DNA of 64,000 nt, from contig JAWXAQ010000008.1 of assembly GCA_034439575.1 (NCBI GenBank), positions 271,359 through 335,358 on the forward strand, written 5' to 3'. Under the pieces are notes generated by a model. It ran no database searches, was not told where the DNA came from, and was given only the letters and a program-made list of their open reading frames with translations. Shown in pieces: positions 51,076-61,191 of this stretch. The stretch is from Leptospira sp. (GTDB taxonomy: Bacteria > Spirochaetota > Leptospiria > Leptospirales > Leptospiraceae). Each line of letters begins with the position of its first letter. Positions within the stretch are counted from its first letter, which is position 1. A program made the translations under genes and the position numbers.

Positions 51076-51905
51076 TTTTTGTCCATGAATGTTTTTCCAT
51101 TCCATTTGCGTTTGTAAACTGAGTATTCATTGATTGAGGTATCTTCCACATCATAAGTACGAGTAATCTCTATCACGGTGTTGGGTTCTCCGACATACTT
51201 TTTTCTTTTAATTTCTTTATCTTCCGCAAGAGTATCGTTTGGAAAAAGTAGCCAAGTATCTCCGCAAGAAGGGGGATCACAACCGCCAGGATGCCATGAA
51301 TAAAAATTGGCAATTTTACCATCCTCTGTTAGGCTAAGAATCGTTTCCTCCGAATAACCATATTCGATTTCAGAAAATACCAAATACTTAAATCCGATCA
51401 ATGTACCTGGACTTGGTGTGAACGGTTTACTATCGTAAATTTTGAATTCCCAATTTTCATTGGAAACGGGACCATCTGCTATGTTCAGTTTGGAAATAAT
51501 TTTATTTTCTTTAATAACTTTGATTTCCAGTTTTCTCGCATTCACACCAGGGTTTCGAACAAGTATAGTATGTCCCTTAACCGCAGTATACCCATCAGCA
51601 AGCAAAGATCCCCATACATATCCTTGTTTGTCATTGAACTGGATCAAATACCAAAATTCTTTTGTTTTGCCCTGAGTTAAAAGTTCGTTTGTCTTTTTAA
51701 CAATAGTGACTTCATCACCAGGTTGTAATTTAGTTATGACTTCTGATTTAGTATCTGTGCTTTTGCGAACATTTACATTTTCACCAAACACAAAATAATT
51801 TTGTCCCTCCGTTTTTTCAGGAATTACATCGTCCCAATGGCCTTCGGAAAAAATTACAGAGTTCCCAATGAAGAACTGTATAAGGATTAAAACTATCCAT
51901 TTCAT
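51072..51905 (-). CDS. Secreted SH3b-domain protein
   Basis: Signal peptide; NVNVRK...S.VI.KL..G..V...WY.I....QGYVWG.LL. Confidence 0.8.
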   Translation of the reverse strand: MKWIVLILIQFFIGNSVIFSEGHWDDVIPEKTEGQNYFVFGENVNVRKSTDTKSEVITKLQPGDEVTIVKKTNELLTQGKTKEFWYLIQFNDKQGYVWGSLLADGYTAVKGHTILVRNPGVNARKLEIKVIKENKIISKLNIADGPVSNENWEFKIYDSKPFTPSPGTLIGFKYLVFSEIEYGYSEETILSLTEDGKIANFYSWHPGGCDPPSCGDTWLLFPNDTLAEDKEIKRKKYVGEPNTVIEITRTYDVEDTSINEYSVYKRKWNGKTFMDKK

Positions 51906-52033
51906 ACCTGAACTTCAATGGAAAGAAGCACTCGGTCAATCAAATATAGTTCAATTAAAAATTAGGACTGTGCAAATCGGTTTTTTTTTCTTCCCTTCGT
52001 GTCCGAAAATAGTAATATAGAACTAGGTTCCCA

Positions 52034-53227
52034 ATGGCATTTGTATATAAAGAATTAAAAGCGTTTTCCCCAAAAGATAATTTGCGTGTCGATGAGACGT
52101 TTAAACTAGAAGGTGCCGTAACTAAAACAGATGACACTCTCGCCGAATTAGAAAGTGCATCACATGATCCGAAAATGGCACCAGGAACTGGTTTTCTTAA
52201 TTTTAGAACCAAGGCACATATCACAGCGGGTCTAGTTCCTATCAAATCACCTGACGGCTCCGATTTTTTACTCGTGGTGAATCATAAAGGGGAAATGATA
52301 TTACTCCAATTATTGGAGGATAAAGTGTCCGCAGTTTGGAATATCACAATTCCAGGAACTATTTATAGGACACCTGTAATCATAGGAGATAATGCTTTTA
52401 TTGTCACCAAGCAAGGGTTAATTGCTGCGGTATCGATTAAATTTGATGAGAAAGGGAAAGCTATTCCTGGGACCATCATTTGGCAACGTAATATCGGTTT
52501 AACGGTATTTTCGAAACTTATCACTACAGGACGTATAGTCATTGTTGCCACTATCAATGGCATTCATGCTTACGATTGTTATTTTTCAGGCGAAGGTGAA
52601 ACGGGAACTTTTGGCAAACGAGTATGGGAACATCGATTGGAAGGAATTGTTTCTTCGCCATCCATAGATGGAAGTATATTGTTTATCGGAAGTGAAGACA
52701 AACACCTGTATGCTTTGCGTTACGGTGGAGAAGGGGCAAGCACACTTTGGTCTTATAAAACGGAAGGTCCAGTTAGAAGCAAACCTTGTGTTTCTCAAAA
52801 AGGTAATTTTGTGTTAGTTGGCTCTCTTGATGGATTTGTATATTGTTTTGATAGAGTCAATGGAACTATGGTTTGGTCCTTTCCTGCAAGAAGTGCCGTT
52901 CATTCTGATATCGTTTCTTATGTTTTAGGTAATGATGAATTTTTTCTATTTGGTAATGATGATGGTACATTCTTTTGCCTCAATGTGTATGGAAAACAAC
53001 AATGGACCTTTAAGACTAATGGTCGCATTCGTAGTGAAGCTTTAGTAGAAGGGGATGTTGTTTACTTTGGTTCGGAAGACAATCATCTTTATGGATTAAA
53101 AATTGTGACAGGTCAACTGTATTTGAAATACAATACAGATGGCAATTTGAACGGCAAGCCAGCGATATGCGGTAATCGACTTTATATTGGTTCAACAGAT
53201 TCGTTTGTGCATGGTATATATATTTAA
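52034..53227 (+). CDS. PQQ-type (BamB-like) beta-propeller repeat protein, no signal peptide
   Basis: About 7-8 repeats of W....G.V.S.P......(F/Y).GS.D..(L/V)Y.(L/F). Confidence 0.88.
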   Translation: MAFVYKELKAFSPKDNLRVDETFKLEGAVTKTDDTLAELESASHDPKMAPGTGFLNFRTKAHITAGLVPIKSPDGSDFLLVVNHKGEMILLQLLEDKVSAVWNITIPGTIYRTPVIIGDNAFIVTKQGLIAAVSIKFDEKGKAIPGTIIWQRNIGLTVFSKLITTGRIVIVATINGIHAYDCYFSGEGETGTFGKRVWEHRLEGIVSSPSIDGSILFIGSEDKHLYALRYGGEGASTLWSYKTEGPVRSKPCVSQKGNFVLVGSLDGFVYCFDRVNGTMVWSFPARSAVHSDIVSYVLGNDEFFLFGNDDGTFFCLNVYGKQQWTFKTNGRIRSEALVEGDVVYFGSEDNHLYGLKIVTGQLYLKYNTDGNLNGKPAICGNRLYIGSTDSFVHGIYI

Positions 53228-54147
53228 TGGAGTCATTTATGTTTTTTGCCCAATTAGTAAACCCGTATTCAATAGAACAGATCAAAGCTCTAGAAGATAA
53301 AGTAAACTCATATGAGACATGGGTATTTTTTATGGTTTTTGTTTCGGCAGGATTGGCTTTAGCCGTCATCTTGCAAAGGTTAGCTATCAATAAACTGAGA
53401 GCCAAAGACCCAACAGACATAAAATATTATCACAAAAATATCAAACCCAAAGAAGAAAAAGAAAAATCTCCAAGTAAAGATGAAACCAATCTTCCTGATG
53501 TGAATACGATTACACAAACGACTCCTACTCATATAAATGACAATCTTCCAAAATCAAAAGATTTACCAGACCCAGGATTGATTTTTAAATATGTGATCTC
53601 CGGTGAACCCGCAGAAAAAATCATTACCATCGGTCAAAGAGAAGGAACTATCAAAACCTATTCTACTGAAATCATCGATCATCATTTAACGATAATGATA
53701 CGAGCTTTAGATGCATCCAGAGGACAAGATATCTATAACCTTCCCGATCGCATCATGGAAACCTATGTCCTTGACTTTCGTCGTGAAGGAAAGGCTCTTA
53801 TCGTACTTCCAAATTCTAAAGAAGTAAAAGAAATGGGTTCACGTGAGAGAATTTATATTCAAGAAGCGGCAGATGAAGCGGGCGATGCAAATTACCCTAC
53901 TTTAGAACAAAACCAACCGATACGCTTTCGGTTAGGTGATAGATTGAGCCAAGAAGGAAAATTTAGGGCTGGTTATTTTGAATTTCATTTGTATACGAAA
54001 GATGTAGAGACAAAAACAAAAGCAGGGATTGTAAAAATTGAAAAACAATTTTTCTTGCGTTTGTTTAAGATATATCCTGGTTATGACACCGCAAAACAAA
54101 CCGCTGATGGTCTTTTCCCAATGATTGATCCATTCGCAAAGGCTTAA
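53227..54147 (+). CDS. Single-pass membrane protein with low-complexity linker and beta-rich C-terminal domain (possibly degenerate FHA-like)
   Basis: TM at about aa 31-50, K/E/P/T-rich linker, IITIGQ...IIDHHLTI; TAATG overlap with the upstream gene. Confidence 0.7.
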   Translation: MESFMFFAQLVNPYSIEQIKALEDKVNSYETWVFFMVFVSAGLALAVILQRLAINKLRAKDPTDIKYYHKNIKPKEEKEKSPSKDETNLPDVNTITQTTPTHINDNLPKSKDLPDPGLIFKYVISGEPAEKIITIGQREGTIKTYSTEIIDHHLTIMIRALDASRGQDIYNLPDRIMETYVLDFRREGKALIVLPNSKEVKEMGSRERIYIQEAADEAGDANYPTLEQNQPIRFRLGDRLSQEGKFRAGYFEFHLYTKDVETKTKAGIVKIEKQFFLRLFKIYPGYDTAKQTADGLFPMIDPFAKA

Positions 54148-54154
54148 TTTTAAT

Positions 54155-57100
54155 ATGGCAAATATTCAAACATCAATCCAAAGAGTACTGTCTGGCGATA
54201 AACCAGCTGTTCGTAAATCACTCATCATCGGTGTGGGTGGATCTGGAATGAAAGGTGTACTTTCCGTAAAAAAATGGATGGAATCTAGTTTGCCAAATGA
54301 AGCATTTAGATACCTGAGATACATTGGTATAGATACAACTGATATTGAAACAAGCATTGAAGCAAAAGGCGCAAAATATAGATTTCCTTCCAATCAATTC
54401 TTTCAAGAAGAAAGTCGGATGTTGTACATTCCTGCTCCTACGCCAGCAGAACTATCGTTAGATTTTTTACGTGATAAATACAAAAACGATCCAGCCTTCA
54501 AATGGTTACCCAATCCAGATGTTTACGATATTTCCACGAGAGCCGGGCAAGGAGCCAATCAAACTAGACCACTTGGTAGGTTAGCATTTTTTTATAATGA
54601 AAGTATCATTCGTGAAACATTAATTAAAGAAAGAGATCGTTTAGCTAGTTTTTCTACGAATCCAAAATATTTCCAATTACTCGATGTCAAAGAGGAAGAT
54701 CGTAAAGAAGAAGAGATCAGTTTTGAGATCAAAAAAGGTGTTGGTAAGTATTATTTTAAAGATAAAATCGCTCCTGGTCGTCAGTTTATTTCTCTTGATC
54801 CAGATTCTACCGCTAGAGCGATTCTTGCCCCGCAATCTGACAAACCTTTAACGATCGATTCGTTTCCGTTAGATGAGAATGGATATTATTTCCAAGTTAA
54901 CCCTGCCCATTTTGTGGGACAAACTTTTAAGTTTAAAACTTCGCATATGCGTAGTTCGGCGCAAATTTCTATATTTATTACCTGTTCGATTGTAGGTGGT
55001 ACTGGCAATGGTATGATATTGGATTTAGCGGCTATGGTGAAAGACATCTTTAAAGATTTTTGGCCAACGCCAAGAATTTATGGAATTCTTATCCTACCCG
55101 CTGCGTTTCAAAAAGTTGTGTATAACCGAAACGCTCGTGGGAATGCTTATGCTGCTCTAAAGGAAATCGATTATTTTATGAGCGGCAATTCCTTTAAGGC
55201 TACGTATCCGGGCGGGAGAGAAGTCATTGTCAATGATCAGATATTTGATAATGGTATGCTTTACCTTTTAGATATAGAGAATATGGCTTCCAATTCTTTG
55301 CAAGGAAGAGACCAAGTCCAAGAATTAACAGGACAATTTATTTCAACCTTTGTCGCATCCACGGTGGGAGGAGCCATCGAAGAACGAATGGTAAACGATT
55401 CGACGCGAGTTTCTGTTTATTTACCTAAGGATGAAACATCAAAACGTAAGGCTTGTTATAATTCCTTTGGAATTTCACGCGTAGTTTATCCTGTCGATAA
55501 AATGGCGCAACTGGGTTATAAAATAACCGCAGTTAAGCTAATCGAAAATTTCGTCAAAGATATCACTCCAAAATTGTTACTTGAAACAATTGGCGATCTT
55601 AATCGTGGACTTGTTCGTGCAATTCGTTTGAATTGTCTTTCTTTCTTTGAAAGATTACATCCTGATTATGAATTGGATATGGGAGTTGAGTTTAAATCAT
55701 ACAAAACTAGGCTTGATGGCTTGCTCGAAAAAAAAGATGCCAGAGGAGCAGTTGCTCTTTTAGAAATGCTCGGGCGTGATTATGGTCCCGAAGAGCAAGA
55801 AAAGATAAAAAATAATTTCTTATCTCGAATCAGTAAACGATCAGGGCTCGAAAATGAAAAACTAAAAAACATCATCACTGGTGAGATACATAAATATATC
55901 AATGATCCTATGCGCGGATTTTTATTCGCTGAGTCTGTAATCACTCTGATATTGGATAAATTAGAGCTTTATCAAAAAAAATACTATAACGAGAAAGTCG
56001 CATTATCACGTTATTCGGTAGAAGATTTTTCAAAATGTATAGAAGCCTGTGAAAAACAAGGGCTTGCGAATCCTGAAATTTTTCAACAATTTATAACCAT
56101 GCAAGATTTTAACTATCGTCAGTTAGTTTATGAATCTATGTTAACTGCGGCGGAAAATTTTGTTCGAGATTTGAAAGCATCTCTATTTGAAATTAAAAAT
56201 AATGAAATTGTAATATTAAAAGAAAAATTATTTGAATTAAAAAAGAATTTAGAAACAGAAATTCAAGATGGTAAATTCGAAATTCTAGAAAAGAAAAATC
56301 CACTCTTTTTCTATCTAATAAATCCTGATGAAATTGATTTGTTTTTAAAGAAATACTTCTATGCAAGACTGTCTATCGAAGACCTTTCCAATGAAATTAA
56401 TTTTCTCAAAATGGACAGAGAGGATGATGCGGTCCAGATACTCACCACTCATTTAATCGCAACTCGCGGTCTTAAGATTCTTGAAAAAAAACAAGATGAG
56501 ATTATGGATATTCTTAAATCCACTTATTCACATCTTTTAGGGAAAAATGCTGCAGAAGTGAAAGAAGCACTGGCATCTGAAGCACAAGACGATGAAGACA
56601 AACTGGAAGTTTCTGATGCCACACAAACAAAAATTGAGATTGAAAATATTCGATCAAAACTTTTCCAAATCATCTATTCAAAGTTACAAGGGTTTAATTT
56701 TGAGTCAATCTCCATTAAACAAGTATTAGAAGAGAAAAAAATTACTTTGAAAAAACTTCTAGAAAAACTGGATGTTTATTCTAGGCCGTACATTAAAATA
56801 GATTCGAATGGCACGGATGCTATGGAGTATTATCGGACAGTTACAAATTTTCCGCTAAATACATATGAGGAAGGGGATAAAGTAGAAGATTCACAAGCGA
56901 ATGATTTGCCTACTAGAATGGATCATTATACAAAAAGATCCAATGCCAGTCCTGATATAAGTGTAGAAACTTTTGAAGCACCTACTGTGTGTAAGCCGTA
57001 TGAAATGATATCGATTGGTATATTACTCGGATATCCCATTTTTAAAATCAGTAGCCTTTCTTCTTCTGTAAATGATTATCATGCGTTAATGGCGGAAAGA

Positions 57101-57976
57101 AGTCATCCTCTTCATTGTTTTAACCATCCTTTAGAAGACGCCAAATATTTTCCCGATCCAATGAGAACATTGAATTATCTAAATCCGGCAAGATTATGGA
57201 ATGGGCTTGTCGCATATGGGATTTTGGTGCCAGGTGACAACGGTTATGCGTATGAAGACAATCTATCTCTGAAATTAAAAGAGATGCAGGCTAAGGAAAA
57301 TTATAAAGGGAATATTCTCGAAATTGAAAAACTCATTCTAGCCGAAGGCGGGTATGAAAAGATTTCCCCTAAAACTTTTGTCCAAGCTATTCACACTTTC
57401 GCCATGCTTTCCAAATCAAAATCTGGAAAAATCTGTTTTAGAAAGGATGTCGCCAATGTTATTGCTGATATTCTGGATGGTGAAGAAACGGATGCGAAAG
57501 CGAAAGAGATGGGGATGAATCGAGATGAATATTTAACCACGCATCTCGCTAAACCAGAGTTTGATGGCATGGAGGATTTAAGCAAATTTCTCTTCAAAGG
57601 TGATGTTAAGGTAAAAACTTTTCTTATTAATGAAATTCAGAATATCATCAAACGCACCAAAGGAAATGAAGAAGCAGGCGCTGCTATCTCTTTACCTAAA
57701 TCAAAAATTCAATCTGTGACACTTCCCACATTTAAAGATCAATATAAATTTTATGAGTATTTTGAAAAATTTGGTTCACTCGAATGGCAAAATATTCTAA
57801 AGAACGAAATTGTAAGTAAATTGGCCGCAAAACTTTCTTCATACGAATTCCGAATGGATTACGATCCTACGTTACTTGATCGATCAAAAATCCAAGCATT
57901 CCTTGAAAAAGAAAAAGTAAATTTACCAGAAGTAACTGTTTGGGAAACAGCAATCGAAAATAAAATCATTAAGTAA
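54155..57976 (+). CDS. Large divergent tubulin/FtsZ-like protein (Tubulin_2 / FtsZl1-type)
   Basis: LIIGVGGSG, IGIDT, GAN..R..GRLAF, SIVGGTGNG..LD, NAYAALKE.D, SFG...V.YP; long helical C-terminal region. Confidence 0.88.
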   Translation: MANIQTSIQRVLSGDKPAVRKSLIIGVGGSGMKGVLSVKKWMESSLPNEAFRYLRYIGIDTTDIETSIEAKGAKYRFPSNQFFQEESRMLYIPAPTPAELSLDFLRDKYKNDPAFKWLPNPDVYDISTRAGQGANQTRPLGRLAFFYNESIIRETLIKERDRLASFSTNPKYFQLLDVKEEDRKEEEISFEIKKGVGKYYFKDKIAPGRQFISLDPDSTARAILAPQSDKPLTIDSFPLDENGYYFQVNPAHFVGQTFKFKTSHMRSSAQISIFITCSIVGGTGNGMILDLAAMVKDIFKDFWPTPRIYGILILPAAFQKVVYNRNARGNAYAALKEIDYFMSGNSFKATYPGGREVIVNDQIFDNGMLYLLDIENMASNSLQGRDQVQELTGQFISTFVASTVGGAIEERMVNDSTRVSVYLPKDETSKRKACYNSFGISRVVYPVDKMAQLGYKITAVKLIENFVKDITPKLLLETIGDLNRGLVRAIRLNCLSFFERLHPDYELDMGVEFKSYKTRLDGLLEKKDARGAVALLEMLGRDYGPEEQEKIKNNFLSRISKRSGLENEKLKNIITGEIHKYINDPMRGFLFAESVITLILDKLELYQKKYYNEKVALSRYSVEDFSKCIEACEKQGLANPEIFQQFITMQDFNYRQLVYESMLTAAENFVRDLKASLFEIKNNEIVILKEKLFELKKNLETEIQDGKFEILEKKNPLFFYLINPDEIDLFLKKYFYARLSIEDLSNEINFLKMDREDDAVQILTTHLIATRGLKILEKKQDEIMDILKSTYSHLLGKNAAEVKEALASEAQDDEDKLEVSDATQTKIEIENIRSKLFQIIYSKLQGFNFESISIKQVLEEKKITLKKLLEKLDVYSRPYIKIDSNGTDAMEYYRTVTNFPLNTYEEGDKVEDSQANDLPTRMDHYTKRSNASPDISVETFEAPTVCKPYEMISIGILLGYPIFKISSLSSSVNDYHALMAERSHPLHCFNHPLEDAKYFPDPMRTLNYLNPARLWNGLVAYGILVPGDNGYAYEDNLSLKLKEMQAKENYKGNILEIEKLILAEGGYEKISPKTFVQAIHTFAMLSKSKSGKICFRKDVANVIADILDGEETDAKAKEMGMNRDEYLTTHLAKPEFDGMEDLSKFLFKGDVKVKTFLINEIQNIIKRTKGNEEAGAAISLPKSKIQSVTLPTFKDQYKFYEYFEKFGSLEWQNILKNEIVSKLAAKLSSYEFRMDYDPTLLDRSKIQAFLEKEKVNLPEVTVWETAIENKIIK

Positions 57977-58021
57977 TAGCATTTTATTTGTAAGAAATTG
58001 AAAAAACGACAAGACTACGGA

Positions 58022-58049
58022 TTGACAAATTCGAAATCTAATTTAGTTT
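58022..58049 (+). promoter_or_regulatory. Possible sigma70 promoter for 58059 (near-leaderless)
   Basis: TTGACA at 58022-58027, 16-bp spacer, TAGTTT at 58044-58049. Confidence 0.4.
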
Positions 58050-58058
58050 TCCTTTGTT

Positions 58059-58334
58059 ATGAATAGATACTTTCTTTTAACGATTTTTTCACTTGTGTGG
58101 TCTTTTTCGATTGGTTCGGAAACAGTAGATCAGAAGTGTGCGGAAGTTTGCCGTAACAAAGGATATCAATACCATTACTGCGAAAATAAGTGCCAAGGCA
58201 ATAAATCGCAAATCGAAAAAGATAGAGACACAAGTCATGCACCTCTTGAGAATGAAATGGATATAAAATGTATGAATGTCTGTATAAAAGAAAAAAATTC
58301 GTATAACAAATGTGAAGCTAAATGTCGATTCTAA
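58059..58334 (+). CDS. Small secreted Cys-rich protein with two Cx3Cx9Cx3C repeats
   Basis: Signal peptide; CAEVCRNKGYQYHYCENKC and CMNVCIKEKNSYNKCEAKC. Confidence 0.75.
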   Translation: MNRYFLLTIFSLVWSFSIGSETVDQKCAEVCRNKGYQYHYCENKCQGNKSQIEKDRDTSHAPLENEMDIKCMNVCIKEKNSYNKCEAKCRF

Positions 58335-58786
58335 AAAATTATAATCTAAGAGTTATTGCAGGTTTAATTCTTTTTTCAATGAATTACCTATCAGCTAAAG
58401 ATATCACCACATATCACAAAAATAATTTTGGAGAAGTATCTTATAATAAATATGGCCTCGCTTCGATAGTGACCGAAGATGGTTGGGTCGTAATCGATAA
58501 AAAGAAAAAGGTCTTACATAAAGTATTTATGTTTGATAATGGCCCTGATTATGTAAGCGATGGAATGTATAGAATCATCGAAAATGGAAAAATGGGTTTT
58601 GCCAACGAAAAAGGAAAAGTTGTGATTCCGCCTAAATACGATTTCGTTTGGCCTTTCGAAAAAGGGTCAGCTAAATTTTGTAATGGTTGTACATTTAAGA
58701 AAGAAGGTGAACACACAAGAATTGTTGAAGACAATGCTGTCACAGGTTTTATCAATCGAGCTGGAAAAGAAATTTCAAAAAAATAA
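58322..58786 (+). CDS. WG (KWG) repeat protein
   Basis: FDNGPD...G..RI..NGKMGFANEKG.VVIPPKYDF..PF..G.A, GFINRAG. Confidence 0.85.
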   Translation: MSILKNYNLRVIAGLILFSMNYLSAKDITTYHKNNFGEVSYNKYGLASIVTEDGWVVIDKKKKVLHKVFMFDNGPDYVSDGMYRIIENGKMGFANEKGKVVIPPKYDFVWPFEKGSAKFCNGCTFKKEGEHTRIVEDNAVTGFINRAGKEISKK

Positions 58787-58814
58787 ATATTAAAAGCGGC
58801 ATAGGTTATCAGGA

Positions 58815-59486
58815 ATGAAATTATTTAAAAATATCATAATATACCAAAAATGGAATGTAGTATTATTTTCTATTCTAATGTTCACTTTTTCTATCCAAGC
58901 GATAGGCGATTATGAGCCAGGAGAAAAACTTTTCACCCTTAGTGAGAAAGGTTTAAATCTTAGAGATAAACCAAATGCAAATGGTAAAAAAGTGACATTG
59001 ATTCCATTTGCATCCGAACTTACCATCATATCAAAAAACAAAGCTAATCAATATTCCTCGGACGGTATTACTGGACATTGGGTAGAAGTGAAATATAAAA
59101 AATTCACTGGTTTTGTATTTGATGGATATTTAACTCATAAAATACCACCGGCTCTTTCTTGTAAAAATTTTAAAGAATTTCTTAGAAAGAGTATCGGAGA
59201 AGGAAAAGCAGAAACAATTGCGGCGGGTGATTACGAAGGCCAATCTGCGATACGATTTGGAAAAAATATATTATATATGACAGAAGGCGGAGATACCTTT
59301 TCTATTTATTTTCCTGGAATTTCTATGGAAGAACTTTTTCTAATCGGAAGGATTTGTAAAGAGATCTCAGCAAAAACATTGTTATTGGATGCAAATGGAT
59401 CTTTTGGAGAAATATTTAACAATAATTTTACCAATCAATTGTATAAAGATGAGAATGGTGTTACCATGTTTCGACGAAGTATTTGA
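58815..59486 (+). CDS. Secreted SH3b-domain protein
   Basis: GLNLR.KP...G.....IP....L...G.WV.V.Y....GFVFDGYL. Confidence 0.82.
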   Translation: MKLFKNIIIYQKWNVVLFSILMFTFSIQAIGDYEPGEKLFTLSEKGLNLRDKPNANGKKVTLIPFASELTIISKNKANQYSSDGITGHWVEVKYKKFTGFVFDGYLTHKIPPALSCKNFKEFLRKSIGEGKAETIAAGDYEGQSAIRFGKNILYMTEGGDTFSIYFPGISMEELFLIGRICKEISAKTLLLDANGSFGEIFNNNFTNQLYKDENGVTMFRRSI

Positions 59487-59529
59487 TTATCGATAAAAAG
59501 TATTTTAATAATATTTTTTTCTTTTAAAT

Positions 59530-61191
59530 TCATTCTTTAACAAATTCTACAATTTCACCTTCTTTCAAAGGGCGATCATTTAATATCATTGTTTGATTTT
59601 TCCATTTTCTTTGTGCTTTGAATAAAAATGGTAAACTAACCCAGTTTTCATCGTTTAAACAAAAATGTAAATGTGACTCTCGCGACATACCGCTGTTACC
59701 TGACCTACCAATGACATCACCTCTTTTTATTTTCGCACCAATTGAGAAGGGAATTGAGTATTGTTTTGTATGTGCATAAAAGGAAGAATATCCTTTATGT
59801 TGGATCGTAATATAATTTCCATTATAGGCAATTTGTCCAGGCTCATTATCAGGTTCTGTATTTAAGAGATCAATCACTTCTCCGTCATCGATTGCAAGTA
59901 AGGATTGATCAAAATTTAAATAATCTAAATTTGATTTTCCCGAAGTATTTTCTTTTATGAATTCTCCCTTTTCATTCACTGCCATAAAATCATAACAATA
60001 TTTTGCTAACCCGTTGTGTGTCATCGCTGTTCCACCAAATTCAGATAATACGAAATATTTTCCTTGTAACGGATGAGAAATTTGTGTTAAAGATTTCCGG
60101 TTTGGAAATTCTTTTTCATAAAGTTCTATCGCCTTACGGCGTAATTTGATCGCCCTCTCGCGGTCCTCTTTCGTAACGAAATTTTCTTTTTTTGATTTAA
60201 TTGTATAATAAGAAAATCCAAAATTGTCATACGCATCTGGATCATTTGGAAAAAGTTGGATCAATTTCTGATATGTATCTTCATGATATTTGACATCTGA
60301 TATATGGTTTATCCCTTTAACGATAATATTCTGATAATAATATTGGTTTCGGAAATTCTTTTTTTTATCCAATAATGATATGGTCTTACTGATTTCTGAT
60401 TTGATATTATTGAATGGTGGGAGTTCAGTAATCAACATTTCTTTAAATCTAAGAAATCTAGTATATGGATAAGTTTCCATGATGAATTTATTCTCAGGAA
60501 ATTTAATTTGCCCTTTTTCCAATAACTCCAAAGCAAGTGTATATTTTTTTTGTTCACGGTATGCTACAGCCAATTGATATAAGATAAAATCTTTTTCTAG
60601 TATTGAATAAGCGGAACTCAAATATTTTTCGGCTTCAATGAATTGTTTTCGATTTAAAAATTCCATTCCATATTCAAAATAACAATAGGCTAAATTGTTT
60701 TGGATTTGATCATTCGTCGGAAATTTACTTTTTCCTTCTTCTAATACTTCGATAGATTTTTGAAAATACTTGTTTTGTTTTAGCACTGTACCATACCAAA
60801 TCGTACTTACTTCTGATTGAGTGAGTTCATATGATTCTTTGCAAAGTTCTAAAGCTTGCACCAGAGTCTCTTGTGTTGATAATAATTTACTGCATTGAAT
60901 GCTTAATGATAAAGATAATGATTCCTTTATTGGTTTAGAGTTTGGGAATATGGATAATGCTTTTCTACCAAAATCGATGGCTTCTGTGTCCTTGGATTGA
61001 GAATTAAACACGTACAACAAAGATGAATATAACCATTCAGTATTTGGACTATCTTTAATTGCTTTTTTTAATTCCAGTTCTGCTTTGATCCATTCTTTTT
61101 GATTCAATAATTTTTCAATGTTAGTTCCATCATAAGAATATAATTGATTACAGATCAGAAATAGGTAAAAAATAAATTTAATCTTTTTCAT
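59530..61191 (-). CDS. TPR-repeat protein with C-terminal M23 peptidase domain
   Basis: Signal peptide, multiple TPRs, H...YCYDF, GN.I.I.H....S.YAH, G..IG.SGNSG.S..SHLHF. Confidence 0.88.
   Translation of the reverse strand: MKKIKFIFYLFLICNQLYSYDGTNIEKLLNQKEWIKAELELKKAIKDSPNTEWLYSSLLYVFNSQSKDTEAIDFGRKALSIFPNSKPIKESLSLSLSIQCSKLLSTQETLVQALELCKESYELTQSEVSTIWYGTVLKQNKYFQKSIEVLEEGKSKFPTNDQIQNNLAYCYFEYGMEFLNRKQFIEAEKYLSSAYSILEKDFILYQLAVAYREQKKYTLALELLEKGQIKFPENKFIMETYPYTRFLRFKEMLITELPPFNNIKSEISKTISLLDKKKNFRNQYYYQNIIVKGINHISDVKYHEDTYQKLIQLFPNDPDAYDNFGFSYYTIKSKKENFVTKEDRERAIKLRRKAIELYEKEFPNRKSLTQISHPLQGKYFVLSEFGGTAMTHNGLAKYCYDFMAVNEKGEFIKENTSGKSNLDYLNFDQSLLAIDDGEVIDLLNTEPDNEPGQIAYNGNYITIQHKGYSSFYAHTKQYSIPFSIGAKIKRGDVIGRSGNSGMSRESHLHFCLNDENWVSLPFLFKAQRKWKNQTMILNDRPLKEGEIVEFVKE

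Noticed and set aside
54650-54960. Intein within the tubulin-like protein
   Set aside because: No Cys/Ser-start with His-Asn-end splice motifs and no homing endonuclease signature.
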